Assembly: GCA_902462295.1 (NCBI GenBank)
Contig: CABQAZ010000005.1
Coordinates: forward strand, 18,284-82,283
Direction of reading: 5' to 3'
DNA length: 64,000 bases
DNA from: an uncultured Clostridium sp.
Lineage (GTDB): Bacteria; Bacillota; Clostridia; TANB77; CAG-508
Part shown: positions 29,387 to 39,629 of the stretch, piece by piece
Numbering within the stretch: the stretch's first letter is position 1
Layout of the letters: the number at the start of each line of letters is the position of its first letter
Program-made: the position numbers and the translations under genes
Notes under the pieces: generated by a model
What the model saw: only the letters and a program-made list of their open reading frames with translations
What the model was told of the DNA's origin: nothing
The model's database searches: none

Positions 29387-29821
29387 ATGAAATTAGGAGA
29401 ATTAAAACCAACAGTTGAAAAGAAAAGTAGAAAAAGAGTTGGACGTGGAATGGGTTCTGGAACTGGAAAAACATCAGGAAAAGGACATAAAGGTCAAAAA
29501 GCAAGAAGTGGTGGTGGAGTAAGAAGAGGCTTTGAAGGAGGTCAAACACCATTATATAGAAGATTACCAAAAAGAGGATTTACAAATAGAAATTCTAAGA
29601 ACTATACAGAAGTAACATTAACAATGCTAAACAAATCAAAAGCAACAGATGTAACAGCAGAAAGCTTAGTAGAAGAAGGAATAATCGGAAAAATAAATGA
29701 CGGAATAGTAGTATTAGCAACAGGAACTTTAGAGAAAAAAGTAAATGTTAAAGCTACAAAATTTACTGCAACTGCTAAGGAAAAAATCGAAGCCCTAGGC
29801 GGAAAGGCAGAGGTGATTTAG
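29387..29821 (+). CDS. rplO: 50S ribosomal protein L15 (no rpmD/L30 gene between rpsE and rplO)
   Basis: MKLGELKP...[17 protein letters not shown]; RBS AAGGAGGTG. Confidence 0.9.
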   Translation: MKLGELKPTVEKKSRKRVGRGMGSGTGKTSGKGHKGQKARSGGGVRRGFEGGQTPLYRRLPKRGFTNRNSKNYTEVTLTMLNKSKATDVTAESLVEEGIIGKINDGIVVLATGTLEKKVNVKATKFTATAKEKIEALGGKAEVI

Positions 29822-31138
29822 TTGTTTAAAACAATAAAAAACGCTTTAAAAACACCAGATGTAAGAAAAAGACTATTATATACACTTGTACTTATTATAT
29901 TATTCAGATTAGGATGTTTTATAACTGTACCAGGTGTAAATACAATAACATTAAATGAGACAATGTCTTCAAGTAATGGAATTGCAGGATTTATAGATAT
30001 AATTTCAGGAGGAGCTTTTTCAAGATTTTCAATATTTGCAATGTCAGTAAGTCCTTACATAACAGCATCAATTGTTGTTCAATTATTAGCAATGGTAATA
30101 CCATCTTTAGAAAGAATGACTAAAGAGGGTGGAGAAGAAGGAAGAAAAGTAATAAATAGATGGACAAAAATTATAACAATAATTTTGGCTTTAGTAGAAG
30201 CTATTGGTATTTATCTATCATATAGAACTTCTGGAGTATTTATTAATCAAGGATGGTTAACAGGAATATTGGTAGTTACATCATTAATAGCAGGAACATC
30301 TTTATTAATGTGGCTTGGAGAGCAAATTACAAGTAAAGGAATTGGAAATGGTATATCTATTATAATATTTATAGGTATTATATCAGGATTACCTAAAGCA
30401 GTAACAACTATATGGAATTTGATTGTAACATCAACAGGATTTAGTACAATAGGATTAATTACATCATTAGGAATTATAGTAGGAGCACTTCTTTTAGTTG
30501 CAGGAGTTGTATTTGTACAAGAAGCTGAAAGAAGAGTTCCAGTACAATATTCTAAAAAAGTTGTAGGAAGAAAAATGGTAGGAGCACAAAGTACACACAT
30601 TCCATTAAAATTAGCAATGGCAGGAGTTATGCCAGTAATATTTGCATCATCATTTATGACATTTCCTGCAATGTTAATTTCAATGTTTGCAGATGTACAA
30701 AATCTAAAAGGATTTTGGGCTGGTGTTTATAAATTTTCTATTGCAACATCATCTTCAAGTGTTGGATGGGGATATTCACTAGCTAATGCAATAGTATATT
30801 TACTATTAATAATGGGATTCACATTTTTCTATACTTATGCTACATTTAATCCAGCAGAAGTATCAAACAATATAAAGAAAAATGGTGGTTTCATCCCTGG
30901 AATTAGAGCAGGAAAACCAACAACAGATTATTTATCATCTATAATAACAAAATTAACAATATTTGGAGGATTATTCCTTGCTGTAATAGCAATATTACCA
31001 ATGTTATTAAGATTTACTAATTTGAATGTTTCATTTGGAGGAACTTCAATATTAATAGTTGTAGGTGTTGCACTTGAAACAGTACAACAATTAGAATCTC
31101 AATTAGTAATGAGACATTACAAAGGATTCTTAGAATAA
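29822..31138 (+). CDS. secY: preprotein translocase subunit SecY (TTG start overlapping rplO stop)
   Basis: 10-TM SecY, conserved motifs (GGAFSRFSIFA.., GIGNGISIIIF). Confidence 0.95.
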   Translation: MFKTIKNALKTPDVRKRLLYTLVLIILFRLGCFITVPGVNTITLNETMSSSNGIAGFIDIISGGAFSRFSIFAMSVSPYITASIVVQLLAMVIPSLERMTKEGGEEGRKVINRWTKIITIILALVEAIGIYLSYRTSGVFINQGWLTGILVVTSLIAGTSLLMWLGEQITSKGIGNGISIIIFIGIISGLPKAVTTIWNLIVTSTGFSTIGLITSLGIIVGALLLVAGVVFVQEAERRVPVQYSKKVVGRKMVGAQSTHIPLKLAMAGVMPVIFASSFMTFPAMLISMFADVQNLKGFWAGVYKFSIATSSSSVGWGYSLANAIVYLLLIMGFTFFYTYATFNPAEVSNNIKKNGGFIPGIRAGKPTTDYLSSIITKLTIFGGLFLAVIAILPMLLRFTNLNVSFGGTSILIVVGVALETVQQLESQLVMRHYKGFLE

Positions 31139-31171
31139 AAAAGTGCCTATCAAAGATAGGTGCTTTTTTTG
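31139..31171 (+). terminator. rho-independent terminator after secY
   Basis: AGTGCCTATC-AAA-GATAGGTGCT + TTTTTTT. Confidence 0.7.
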
Positions 31172-31315
31172 CGGAAAAAATTATGCATAAAATAGGAAAA
31201 CAATTGACAAACTAAGTAAAATAAGCTAAAATAGAATTGCAAAGAACGAAAGAAAGCCTCTAAGAAATTAGAGGCACGTATTTTTTCGAAAGGTAAAGAG
31301 AAAGGAAGAAAAAGG

Positions 31316-31981
31316 ATGAATATTATTATGTTAGGTGCTCAAGGTACAGGAAAAGGAACTGTAGCAGGGTTAATAAGTGAGCAAACAGGATTACCACAAA
31401 TATCAACAGGAGACATTTTCAGAAAAAATATTAGTGAAAAAACAGAATTAGGAATAGAAGCAGAAAAATATATATCAAAAGGAAATTTAGTTCCAGACCC
31501 AATAACTGTTCCAATGGTTAAAGATAGATTAAACTGGGGAGATGCAAAAAATGGAGTTATATTAGATGGATTTCCAAGAACAATAGAGCAAGCAGAAGAA
31601 TTGGATAAAATATTAGAAAATAAAGAAGAAAAAGTTGATTTAGTAATAAATTTGGTAACACCAAAAGAAGAACTAATAGACAGAATGATTACAAGGAGAG
31701 TATGTACGAATCCAGATTGCAAAACAACATATAATACAAAATTACATCCACCAAAAGTAGATGGAATATGTGACAAATGTGGTTCACCATTAAAACAAAG
31801 AGCTGATGATTCTGATCCAGAAGCAATAAAAAGAAGATTAGAAACATATGAAGAAAAAACAAGACCATTAGTAGAATATTACAAAAATAAAGGTGTATTA
31901 AGAACAGAAGAAGTTAGTATATCAATAAACAGAATGGGAAAAGATGTAGCAGAAGATATAGTAAAAGATTTAAAAAAATAA
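31316..31981 (+). CDS. adk: adenylate kinase (zinc-lid type)
   Basis: P-loop GAQGTGKGT, LID CxxC...CxxC (CTNPDC...CDKCG). Confidence 0.9.
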   Translation: MNIIMLGAQGTGKGTVAGLISEQTGLPQISTGDIFRKNISEKTELGIEAEKYISKGNLVPDPITVPMVKDRLNWGDAKNGVILDGFPRTIEQAEELDKILENKEEKVDLVINLVTPKEELIDRMITRRVCTNPDCKTTYNTKLHPPKVDGICDKCGSPLKQRADDSDPEAIKRRLETYEEKTRPLVEYYKNKGVLRTEEVSISINRMGKDVAEDIVKDLKK

Positions 31982-32045
31982 ATATATAGAAGATTAAAAT
32001 CTCCTAAAAAGAAGATGAATTATAGCTAAATGAAAGGAGAAAGAA

Positions 32046-32816
32046 ATGGTAACTATAAAATCAAAAAGAGAAATTGAATTAATGAGAGAAGCAGGACGTG
32101 TAACAGCATTAACACACAAGGCAATAGAAGATGCTATAAAACCAGGAATGACAACAGCAGAAATAGATAAAATTGCCGAAGAAACAATGAAAAAATATGG
32201 TGCTGTATCAGCAGAAAAAGGATACGACCCAGGAATAAGAGGAGTTCCTCCATATCCAGCTGCAACATGTATATCAATAAATGATGAAGTAATACATGGA
32301 GTACCATCAAAAAAGAGAATAATAAAAGATGGAGACATTGTAAGTGTTGACTTAGTATCACTAAAAAACGGATATAATGGAGACGCTGCAAGAACATTTT
32401 TAGTTGGAAATGTATCAAAAGAAGCAAAAAGGTTAGTAGAAGTAACAAAACAAGCATTTTTTGAGGGAATAAAATATGCCAAAAAAGGAAATAGAATAGG
32501 AGATGTATCACATGCAATAGGTGAATATGTTAAATCTCAAGGATATTCTGTTGTAAGAGAATTTGAGGGGCATGGAATAGGAAAAGACATGCATGAAGAA
32601 CCTGAAATACCAAACTATGGAAAAGCTGGAAGAGGAATAAGACTAGAACCAGGAATGACATTAGCGATAGAACCAATGGTAATAGCAGGAAAACCAGATA
32701 TATGGCAATTAGAAGATGGTTGGACAATAGTAACACAAGATGGAAGTTTATCAGCACATTATGAAAACACAATTTTAATTACAGAAAATGAACCAGAACT
32801 ATTGACAATCCTATAA
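32046..32816 (+). CDS. map: type I methionine aminopeptidase
   Basis: metal ligands in D..D...H...E...E pattern (VDLVS..., FEGHGIG, EPMV). Confidence 0.9.
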   Translation: MVTIKSKREIELMREAGRVTALTHKAIEDAIKPGMTTAEIDKIAEETMKKYGAVSAEKGYDPGIRGVPPYPAATCISINDEVIHGVPSKKRIIKDGDIVSVDLVSLKNGYNGDAARTFLVGNVSKEAKRLVEVTKQAFFEGIKYAKKGNRIGDVSHAIGEYVKSQGYSVVREFEGHGIGKDMHEEPEIPNYGKAGRGIRLEPGMTLAIEPMVIAGKPDIWQLEDGWTIVTQDGSLSAHYENTILITENEPELLTIL

Positions 32817-32943
32817 AATTATTATATAATGTATGAGTTAATACTGAAAAAAAGAATATTATGGAAATTTATAATTAAAAAAGATGTTTTAAAGCATAAA
32901 TTTTCATATTAATATAGAACTCTTTAAAAAGGAGGTAAAAGAC

Positions 32944-33162
32944 TTGGCAAAAGAGGATGTAATAGAGGTAGAGGGTATAGTAGTAGAAACATTACCAAAT
33001 ACAAATTTCAAAGTAGAACTTGAAAATGGACATCAAATATTAGCACATATTTCAGGAAAATTAAGAATGAACTATATCAAAATTCTACCAGGAGATAAAG
33101 TTAAAGTTGAACTATCACCATATGATTTAACAAGAGGAAGAATCACTTGGAGAGCAAAATAA
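32944..33162 (+). CDS. infA: translation initiation factor IF-1 (TTG start)
   Basis: [23 protein letters not shown]...AHISGK.R. Confidence 0.95.
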   Translation: MAKEDVIEVEGIVVETLPNTNFKVELENGHQILAHISGKLRMNYIKILPGDKVKVELSPYDLTRGRITWRAK

Positions 33163-33214
33163 AAGTCAATTAATTAACCCAAAAATATAAATACTATTAA
33201 AGGAGGGAAATCTA

Positions 33215-33328
33215 ATGAAAGTAAGACCATCTGTAAAGAAAATGTGTGACAAATGCAAAGTAATAAAAAGAAAAGGTGTAATTAGAGTTATATGTGAAAA
33301 CCCTAAACATAAACAAAGACAAGGGTAA
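33215..33328 (+). CDS. rpmJ: 50S ribosomal protein L36 (37 aa; below ORF-track size cutoff)
   Basis: [37 protein letters not shown]; RBS AGGAGGG. Confidence 0.9.
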   Translation: MKVRPSVKKMCDKCKVIKRKGVIRVICENPKHKQRQG

Positions 33329-33523
33329 TTAAAGTTTATAACACAAATATGGTAGCGGCTGTTAAACTTGAATAAAGTTTACATATCAGATTTGTGTTTA
33401 TATATATGTCCAAAATAAACTTAAAGACTAGTATATCTAGTGCATTTCACCTTTAAGTCAGAAATAGGACAACACTTGAATAAAATTCAAATAAAAGAAG
33501 AAAAAATTTGGAGGTGTAAAAAA

Positions 33524-33895
33524 ATGGCTCGTATAGCGGGAGTAGACTTACCTAAAGAAAAAAGAGTAGAAATAGGACTTACATATATTTATGGTATAGG
33601 AGTATCTAGTTCAAACAAAATATTAGCAAAAGCTGGAATAAATCCAGACACTAGAGTAAAAGACTTAACTGATGAAGAAGTTAATAAAATAAGAAAAGTT
33701 ATTGACGAATCATACAAAGTTGAGGGAGACTTAAGAAGAGAAGTAGCACTTAACATAAAAAGATTAACAGAAATTGGATGCTATAGAGGATTAAGACATA
33801 GAAGAGGACTTCCAGTAAGAGGACAAAGAACAAAAACAAATGCTCGTACAAGAAAAGGTCCAAGAAAATTAGTAAGCAAATCAAAAAAAGCTTAA
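33524..33895 (+). CDS. rpsM: 30S ribosomal protein S13 (ORF-track N-terminal extension from 33440 rejected)
   Basis: [10 protein letters not shown]...; GGAGGTG RBS before 33524. Confidence 0.95.
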   Translation: MARIAGVDLPKEKRVEIGLTYIYGIGVSSSNKILAKAGINPDTRVKDLTDEEVNKIRKVIDESYKVEGDLRREVALNIKRLTEIGCYRGLRHRRGLPVRGQRTKTNARTRKGPRKLVSKSKKA

Positions 33896-33995
33896 TATAG
33901 AAAAAAATAAAACATATAAATAGTTGATGAAAAACATCAAACTCTAAATAAACAATTTTAAATTGTATTATTTTTTAAGGAGGGAAAATAAAATC

Positions 33996-34394
33996 ATGGC
34001 TAACAAAAATGGAGCTAAAAAACCAGTAGCTAGAAGAAATAGAAAAAACATTGATAAAGGTGAAGCACATATTCATTCTAGTTTTAACAATACAATAGTT
34101 ACAATAACAGATACAAATGGAAACACAATATCATGGGGAAGTGCTGGAGAATTAGGATTTAAAGGTTCAAGAAAAAGCACACCATTTGCTGCAGGAGAAG
34201 TTGCAGAAACAGCAGCTAAAGCAGCTATGGAACATGGGTTAAAAACTGTTGAAGTATATGTTAAAGGACCAGGAGCAGGACGTGAAGCTGCAATAAGAGC
34301 ACTTCAATCTGCAGGGTTAGAGTTAAGCAGTATAAAAGATGTAACACCAATACCACACAATGGTTGTAGACCACCAAAAAGAAGAAGAGTTTAA
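33996..34394 (+). CDS. rpsK: 30S ribosomal protein S11
   Basis: [18 protein letters not shown]; AGGAGGG RBS before 33996. Confidence 0.95.
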   Translation: MANKNGAKKPVARRNRKNIDKGEAHIHSSFNNTIVTITDTNGNTISWGSAGELGFKGSRKSTPFAAGEVAETAAKAAMEHGLKTVEVYVKGPGAGREAAIRALQSAGLELSSIKDVTPIPHNGCRPPKRRRV

Positions 34395-34512
34395 TATTAG
34401 AAAATATATAACTAAACACAACAAGTGTTATAAATAACAAAATTGGAAAATGTAAAACCAATTATAAAATAGAAACAAGATAGTAAAATGAAGAAAGAGG
34501 TGTAAATAAAAG

Positions 34513-35139
34513 ATGGCACGTTATACAGACGAACAATGTCGTATTTGCCGTAGAGAAGGACAAAAATTGTTCTTAAAAGGTTCAAGATGTTACACAGATA
34601 AATGCAGTATTTCTAGAAGAAATTATGCACCAGGACAACATGGACAAAAAAGAGCAAAACTTTCTGAATACGGAACACAATTAAGAGAAAAACAAAAAAC
34701 AAAATCATACTATGGAGTTGGAGAAAAACAATTTAGAGGATATTTTGAAATGGCATCTAATAAAAAAGGAGTAACAGGTGAGAACTTATTACAAATATTA
34801 GAAAGTAGATTAGACAATGTAGTTTACAGATTAGGATTTGGAACATCAAGAGCACAAGCAAGACAATTAGTAAACCATGGACAATTCGAAGTAAACGGAA
34901 AAAAGGTTGATATTCCATCATACTTAGTAAAAGCTGGAGATGTAATTGCAGTAAGAGAAAGTAAAAAAGAAAATATTACAATAAAAGCTAATGTTGAAGC
35001 AAACTCAGCAAGACCAGTTCCAGCATGGTTAGAATTAAATAACGAAACTTTAAGTGGTAAAGTAATTAGATTAGCATCTAGAGAAGATGTTGATATTCCA
35101 GTTGAAGAACATTTAATAGTAGAGCTTTACTCTAAATAG
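34513..35139 (+). CDS. rpsD: 30S ribosomal protein S4 (zinc-finger type)
   Basis: MARYTD.QCR.CRREG.KLFLKG.RC. Confidence 0.95.
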   Translation: MARYTDEQCRICRREGQKLFLKGSRCYTDKCSISRRNYAPGQHGQKRAKLSEYGTQLREKQKTKSYYGVGEKQFRGYFEMASNKKGVTGENLLQILESRLDNVVYRLGFGTSRAQARQLVNHGQFEVNGKKVDIPSYLVKAGDVIAVRESKKENITIKANVEANSARPVPAWLELNNETLSGKVIRLASREDVDIPVEEHLIVELYSK

Positions 35140-35163
35140 TTTTTAAAATATTAGGAGGTAGAA

Positions 35164-36111
35164 ATGATAGAATTTGAAAAGCCAAATATTGAATGTCTAG
35201 AGGTTGATAACACAAATAATTATGCAAAATTTGTATGCGAACCATTAGAAAGAGGATATGGTGTAACAATAGGAAATTCTTTAAGAAGAATATTACTTTC
35301 ATCATTAACAGGTTGTGCAATTACAAGTGTTAAAATTGAGGGTGTATTACATGAATTTTCTAGCATACCAAATGTTGTAGAAGACGTACCAGAAATTATA
35401 GTCAATTTGAAAAATGTTAGACTAAAATTTGCTGAAAACGAAGAAAAAGTTATGAGAATTAACTTTAAAGGAGAGGGAGAAGTTACTGCAGGAGATATCA
35501 TTACTGATGGAACTGTAGAAATCTTAAATCCAGACTTACATATAGCAACTGTATCAGAAGGTGGACAGTTGATAATGGAAATGACAGCAGATATGGGAAG
35601 AGGATATTCCCCTTCAGAAAAAAATAAAAAACCTAATCAAGACATATCTGTGCTTCCAATAGATTCAATTTATACACCAGTTAAAAAAGTAAATTATCAA
35701 GTAAAAAACACTAGAGTAGGGCAAATGGTTGACTATGATAAACTAATTATCGAAGTTTGGACAGATGGAAGCTTAAAAGCTCATGAAGCATTAAGCTTAG
35801 CAGCAAAAGTTATGACAGGACATTTAGAATTATTCATAGATTTATCAGAAGCAACAAGAAATACACAAGTAATGATAGAAAAAGAAGAGTCTAAAAAAGA
35901 AAAAGTATTAGAAACTTCAATAGAAGAATTAGAATTGTCTGTACGTTCATTTAATTGCTTAAAAAGAGCAGGAATTGCTACAGTAGAAGATTTAACAAAT
36001 AAATCTGAAAGTGATATGATGAAAGTAAGAAATTTAGGTAAAAAATCATTAGATGAGGTAATTGCAAAATTACATTCATTAGGTTTAAATTTCGCTGAAG
36101 ACGATGAATAA
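35164..36111 (+). CDS. rpoA: DNA-directed RNA polymerase alpha subunit
   Basis: NTD/CTD architecture, [19 protein letters not shown] motif. Confidence 0.95.
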   Translation: MIEFEKPNIECLEVDNTNNYAKFVCEPLERGYGVTIGNSLRRILLSSLTGCAITSVKIEGVLHEFSSIPNVVEDVPEIIVNLKNVRLKFAENEEKVMRINFKGEGEVTAGDIITDGTVEILNPDLHIATVSEGGQLIMEMTADMGRGYSPSEKNKKPNQDISVLPIDSIYTPVKKVNYQVKNTRVGQMVDYDKLIIEVWTDGSLKAHEALSLAAKVMTGHLELFIDLSEATRNTQVMIEKEESKKEKVLETSIEELELSVRSFNCLKRAGIATVEDLTNKSESDMMKVRNLGKKSLDEVIAKLHSLGLNFAEDDE

Positions 36112-36166
36112 AAAGATAATATGCAATTAAATAAAATGGATACATGCTAAAAAGGAGGGAAAATAA

Positions 36167-36691
36167 GTGGCTACAAATAGAAAATTAGGTAGAACTACTG
36201 ATATAAGAAATGCAATGTTAAAAACTTTAACAACAGATTTAATATTACATGGAAAAGTTGAAACAACAGAAGCAAGAGCTAAAGAAGTAAAAGCAATAGC
36301 TGATAGTATAATTTCTTTAGCAGTAAAAGAAAAAGACAACTTTGAAAATGTAGAAGTAAAAGTAGTTAAAGCAAAATTAGATTCTAAAGGTAACAAAGTT
36401 ACAGAATTAGTAAAAAGCAAAAATGGAAATGAGTATTTAAAAGTTGTTAAAGAAGAAAAGACTGAAACAAGACAAAAAGATATGCCATCAAGATTAAATG
36501 CAAGAAGAAAAATGATAACAAAATTAAACAAAGTAAAAGATGAAAAAGGAAATAATATAGACTTAATAGCAAAATTATTCAATGAAATTGCTCCAAAATA
36601 CGAAGGACGTGTTGGAGGATATACAAGAATAATTAAAGCTGGACCTCGTAGAGGAGATGGAGCTGAAGTAGCTATATTACAACTTGTTTAA
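36167..36691 (+). CDS. rplQ: 50S ribosomal protein L17 with ~55-aa Lys-rich internal insertion (GTG start)
   Basis: N-terminal [17 protein letters not shown] and C-terminal GGYTRI.K.G.RRGDGA..AILQLV L17 motifs flank a KE-rich insert. Confidence 0.85.
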   Translation: MATNRKLGRTTDIRNAMLKTLTTDLILHGKVETTEARAKEVKAIADSIISLAVKEKDNFENVEVKVVKAKLDSKGNKVTELVKSKNGNEYLKVVKEEKTETRQKDMPSRLNARRKMITKLNKVKDEKGNNIDLIAKLFNEIAPKYEGRVGGYTRIIKAGPRRGDGAEVAILQLV

Positions 36692-36705
36692 TAAAAATTG
36701 AATAT

Positions 36706-36858
36706 AAAATTATCAAGAGTGGAGTAGAGAACGGCTCGTTAATCCCACAGCAACCTACCAAAAGGCAAGGTGCTAAAACCGACAAAGCATAAGCTTTGAG
36801 TGATGATTAAAAAATAAAGAACTCTTAGCAAAAAGCAAAGAGTTTTTTGTTTTTTATA
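36706..36858 (+). ncRNA. S-box (SAM-I-like) riboswitch with intrinsic terminator, leader of metK
   Basis: UUAUCAAGAG...GCAACC...AAGGUGCUAAAACC...P4 AAAGC-AUAA-GCUUU...closing GAUGAUU pairing with AAUUAUC; terminator AAAGAACTCTT/AAGAGTTTTTTGTTTTTT; position upstream of metK. Confidence 0.55.
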
Positions 36859-36882
36859 TTAGAGAGAAAGGAAGTAATAAAT

Positions 36883-37995
36883 ATGAAAAAATTTTATTTT
36901 ACATCTGAAAGTGTAACAGAGGGACATCCAGATAAATTATGTGATTATATTTCAGATACAATATTAGATGAAGCTATAAAACAAGACAAATATTCAAGAG
37001 TAGCTGTAGAAACATTTGCGTCAGCGAATAAAATAACAATAGCTGGACAAATAACAACAAATGAAAAATTAGATATTGAAAAAATAGTTAGAAATAGAAT
37101 TAAAGAAATAGGATATGACAATGCTGATTTAGACATAGACTATAAAACATGCCAAATAGATATAAATATAACTAAACAAAGTTCAGATATAGCACAAGGT
37201 GTAGATGTAGGAGGAGCTGGAGATCAAGGAATAATGTTTGGGTTTGCATCAGATGAAACCGAAGAATATATGCCATTTGCAATATCAATGGCACATAAAT
37301 TATCAAAAAGACTTACTGATGTTCGTAAAACAGGAATATTACCATATTTAAGACCAGATGGAAAAACACAAGTAACAGTAGAATATGAGGGAAATCAAGT
37401 AAAAAGAATAGATACAATATTAATTTCAACACAACATAATGCAGATGTTGATATGGACGCTTTAAAAACAGATATTAAAGATAAAGTAATAAATGCAGTA
37501 ATACCACAAGAGTATCTTGATGAAGATACAAAATATTATATAAATCCGACTGGAAGATTTGTAATAGGTGGTCCTTTAGGAGATACTGGATTAACAGGAA
37601 GAAAAATAATTGTTGATACATATGGTGGATATGCACGTCATGGTGGAGGAGCATTTTCTGGAAAAGATGCTACAAAAGTGGATAGAAGTGCAGCATATAT
37701 GTTACGTCATATTGCTAAAAACATTGTTGCAAATGGATATGCAAAAAAATGTGAATTACAAGTAGCATATGCAATTGGTGTTGAACAACCAATGTCAATA
37801 TTTATAGATACATTTGGAACAAATACAATTCCAGAAGATAAAATTGAAGAAATTGTTACAAGAAATTTTGATTTAACACCAAAAGGAATAATAGAATACT
37901 TAGGATTACGTGAGCCAATATTTACAAAGACAACAAATTATGGACATTTTGGAAAAACAGAATTACCTTGGGAAAAAATAATAGAATTGAAATAA
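36883..37995 (+). CDS. metK: S-adenosylmethionine synthetase (start ATG 36883; ORF-track start 36847 lies in riboswitch terminator)
   Basis: [22 protein letters not shown] motifs. Confidence 0.95.
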   Translation: MKKFYFTSESVTEGHPDKLCDYISDTILDEAIKQDKYSRVAVETFASANKITIAGQITTNEKLDIEKIVRNRIKEIGYDNADLDIDYKTCQIDINITKQSSDIAQGVDVGGAGDQGIMFGFASDETEEYMPFAISMAHKLSKRLTDVRKTGILPYLRPDGKTQVTVEYEGNQVKRIDTILISTQHNADVDMDALKTDIKDKVINAVIPQEYLDEDTKYYINPTGRFVIGGPLGDTGLTGRKIIVDTYGGYARHGGGAFSGKDATKVDRSAAYMLRHIAKNIVANGYAKKCELQVAYAIGVEQPMSIFIDTFGTNTIPEDKIEEIVTRNFDLTPKGIIEYLGLREPIFTKTTNYGHFGKTELPWEKIIELK

Positions 37996-38047
37996 TTAAT
38001 CACATTAAAATAAAAAAAACATATAATAGCCATAAGGAGGAAAGGGT

Positions 38048-38410
38048 ATGGAAAACTTCATTATAAATTCTGTACTTTGGACACTTGCTCTTTATGGCTT
38101 GTTTGAGTTAATTAAACAAATTATATATATGTATACATATACAAATATGAGAGAAGATGGAATATACATAATAATAGCAGTGAAAAATCAGGAAGATAGA
38201 ATTGAGGGTTTTTTACGTTCAATTTTATTTAAAATTTTATATGGAAAGGAAGATTATATAAAAGATATTATAGTGGCTGATTTAAATTCTAAAGATAAAA
38301 CGAAAGAGATTGTTAATAAATTGTCTGAAGATTATAAATGTGTTAGGATTACAAATTGGAAAGAATGTAAAGATATTATTGATAATATTAATGATATAGA
38401 TAAAATATGA
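38048..38410 (+). CDS. hypothetical membrane-anchored protein with degenerate GT2-like N-terminal fold
   Basis: N-terminal TM; IIIAVKNQEDRIEGFLRS...DIIVADLNSKDKTKEI loosely resembles GT-A N-terminus; strong RBS AAGGAGGAAAGGG. Confidence 0.4.
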   Translation: MENFIINSVLWTLALYGLFELIKQIIYMYTYTNMREDGIYIIIAVKNQEDRIEGFLRSILFKILYGKEDYIKDIIVADLNSKDKTKEIVNKLSEDYKCVRITNWKECKDIIDNINDIDKI

Positions 38411-38548
38411 TGTAATTTATTTAAATTAATATAAAAAAAGGAATATTATTTAGAGATCAAATTTTTAAGTGATTGCAATAATATTCTTGTTTTTTTGTTT
38501 TTTTTTAGTTATAATAAATTTGTAAAATTGAAAGGAGATGATATTTCT

Positions 38549-38782
38549 ATGAGCAATAATAATTTAATAGATAAAGACACTAAAACTATTGAAAGAAGAA
38601 GAAAAATATTTAGAATTTTGGGTATAATTGGTGCTATTGTGAGTGGAATATGTAATCTATTAGAGATAATAGCAGATGATTTTAGTTTTTCAAATTTTGC
38701 ATTTTTTTTATTTTTTATATTTATGGCAATAAGTTCAAAGAAACAAAGAAAGGAAAAGGAGGAATCTAATGATGAAAGATGA
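38549..38782 (+). CDS. hypothetical small 2-TM membrane protein (start ATG 38549; upstream ATG 38495 possible)
   Basis: RBS AAAGGAG; two hydrophobic helices; overlaps next ORF by 14 nt. Confidence 0.4.
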   Translation: MSNNNLIDKDTKTIERRRKIFRILGIIGAIVSGICNLLEIIADDFSFSNFAFFLFFIFMAISSKKQRKEKEESNDER

Positions 38783-39590
38783 AAAAATAATACAATATTT
38801 AAAAGATGCTAATCTTTGGGGAGAAAACAATCTTTATTTTTTTGCAATGGCTCCTAATAGTTTTTCTAATCAGAAAAGCATTTATGGAACTAAACAAATG
38901 GAAATAAAATTTTATATAGTAAATGAAAATGAAAATGGAATTGCAATTATTCCATTTGACGAAACATTAAAGAGCATAAAACAACTTATAACTATAATTC
39001 CACATGAAAATATTAAGGAAGTGTATACTGAGAAATATAAATTTATGTTTTTTTTGAAAGGAAATAGATTGATTATAAAAACAAATGAAAATAAAGTTGT
39101 AGAATTAGAGTGTCCACATCCGAAAAAAGAAACAGAAGAATTTTTAAACTTTAATATATATAAATTTATTTTAAAATATAAAAATAATGAGCATAAAGAG
39201 AATAAGAATGTAATAATGAAGATAGATTTTACTTTAAAAGATAGAATTAATATTAATAATGATTTATGTTGTAAAATAGAAATAACAGACAATAAAAAAA
39301 TTAAAGAAGATATTAAAAAATTATATTCTAATAAAATATTAGAAGCCATGCAATCAGGAAAAATGAAAATTTATTTTTATGCAGAAACACTTCCAGATGA
39401 TGAGAAAACTATAAAAATAACAACAGAAATTTTTACAGAAGTTCTTTACGATATGGGATGGTATTTTAAAGACAACGAGATAGATGCTAATGATATAGAA
39501 GATAATAATTTTGAAGTTATAATTGTTGCAGAAGAACAGAAAACTCAAGACATATATATAACTGCATGTAAGAAAATGGGATTAATATAA
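38769..39590 (+). CDS. hypothetical 273-aa soluble protein, no recognisable domain
   Basis: long intact ORF, RBS AGGAGG within upstream gene end (translational coupling). Confidence 0.45.
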   Translation: MMKDEKIIQYLKDANLWGENNLYFFAMAPNSFSNQKSIYGTKQMEIKFYIVNENENGIAIIPFDETLKSIKQLITIIPHENIKEVYTEKYKFMFFLKGNRLIIKTNENKVVELECPHPKKETEEFLNFNIYKFILKYKNNEHKENKNVIMKIDFTLKDRININNDLCCKIEITDNKKIKEDIKKLYSNKILEAMQSGKMKIYFYAETLPDDEKTIKITTEIFTEVLYDMGWYFKDNEIDANDIEDNNFEVIIVAEEQKTQDIYITACKKMGLI

Positions 39591-39629
39591 ATAAATGCTT
39601 GATAAAAAGAGAGAGGAGTATTAAAAATA

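Noticed and set aside
38048-38410. Calling the 120-aa protein a glycosyltransferase
   Set aside because: Only ~60 residues loosely resemble a GT-A N-terminus. The DXD and catalytic regions are absent and the protein is too short. It is reported as hypothetical.
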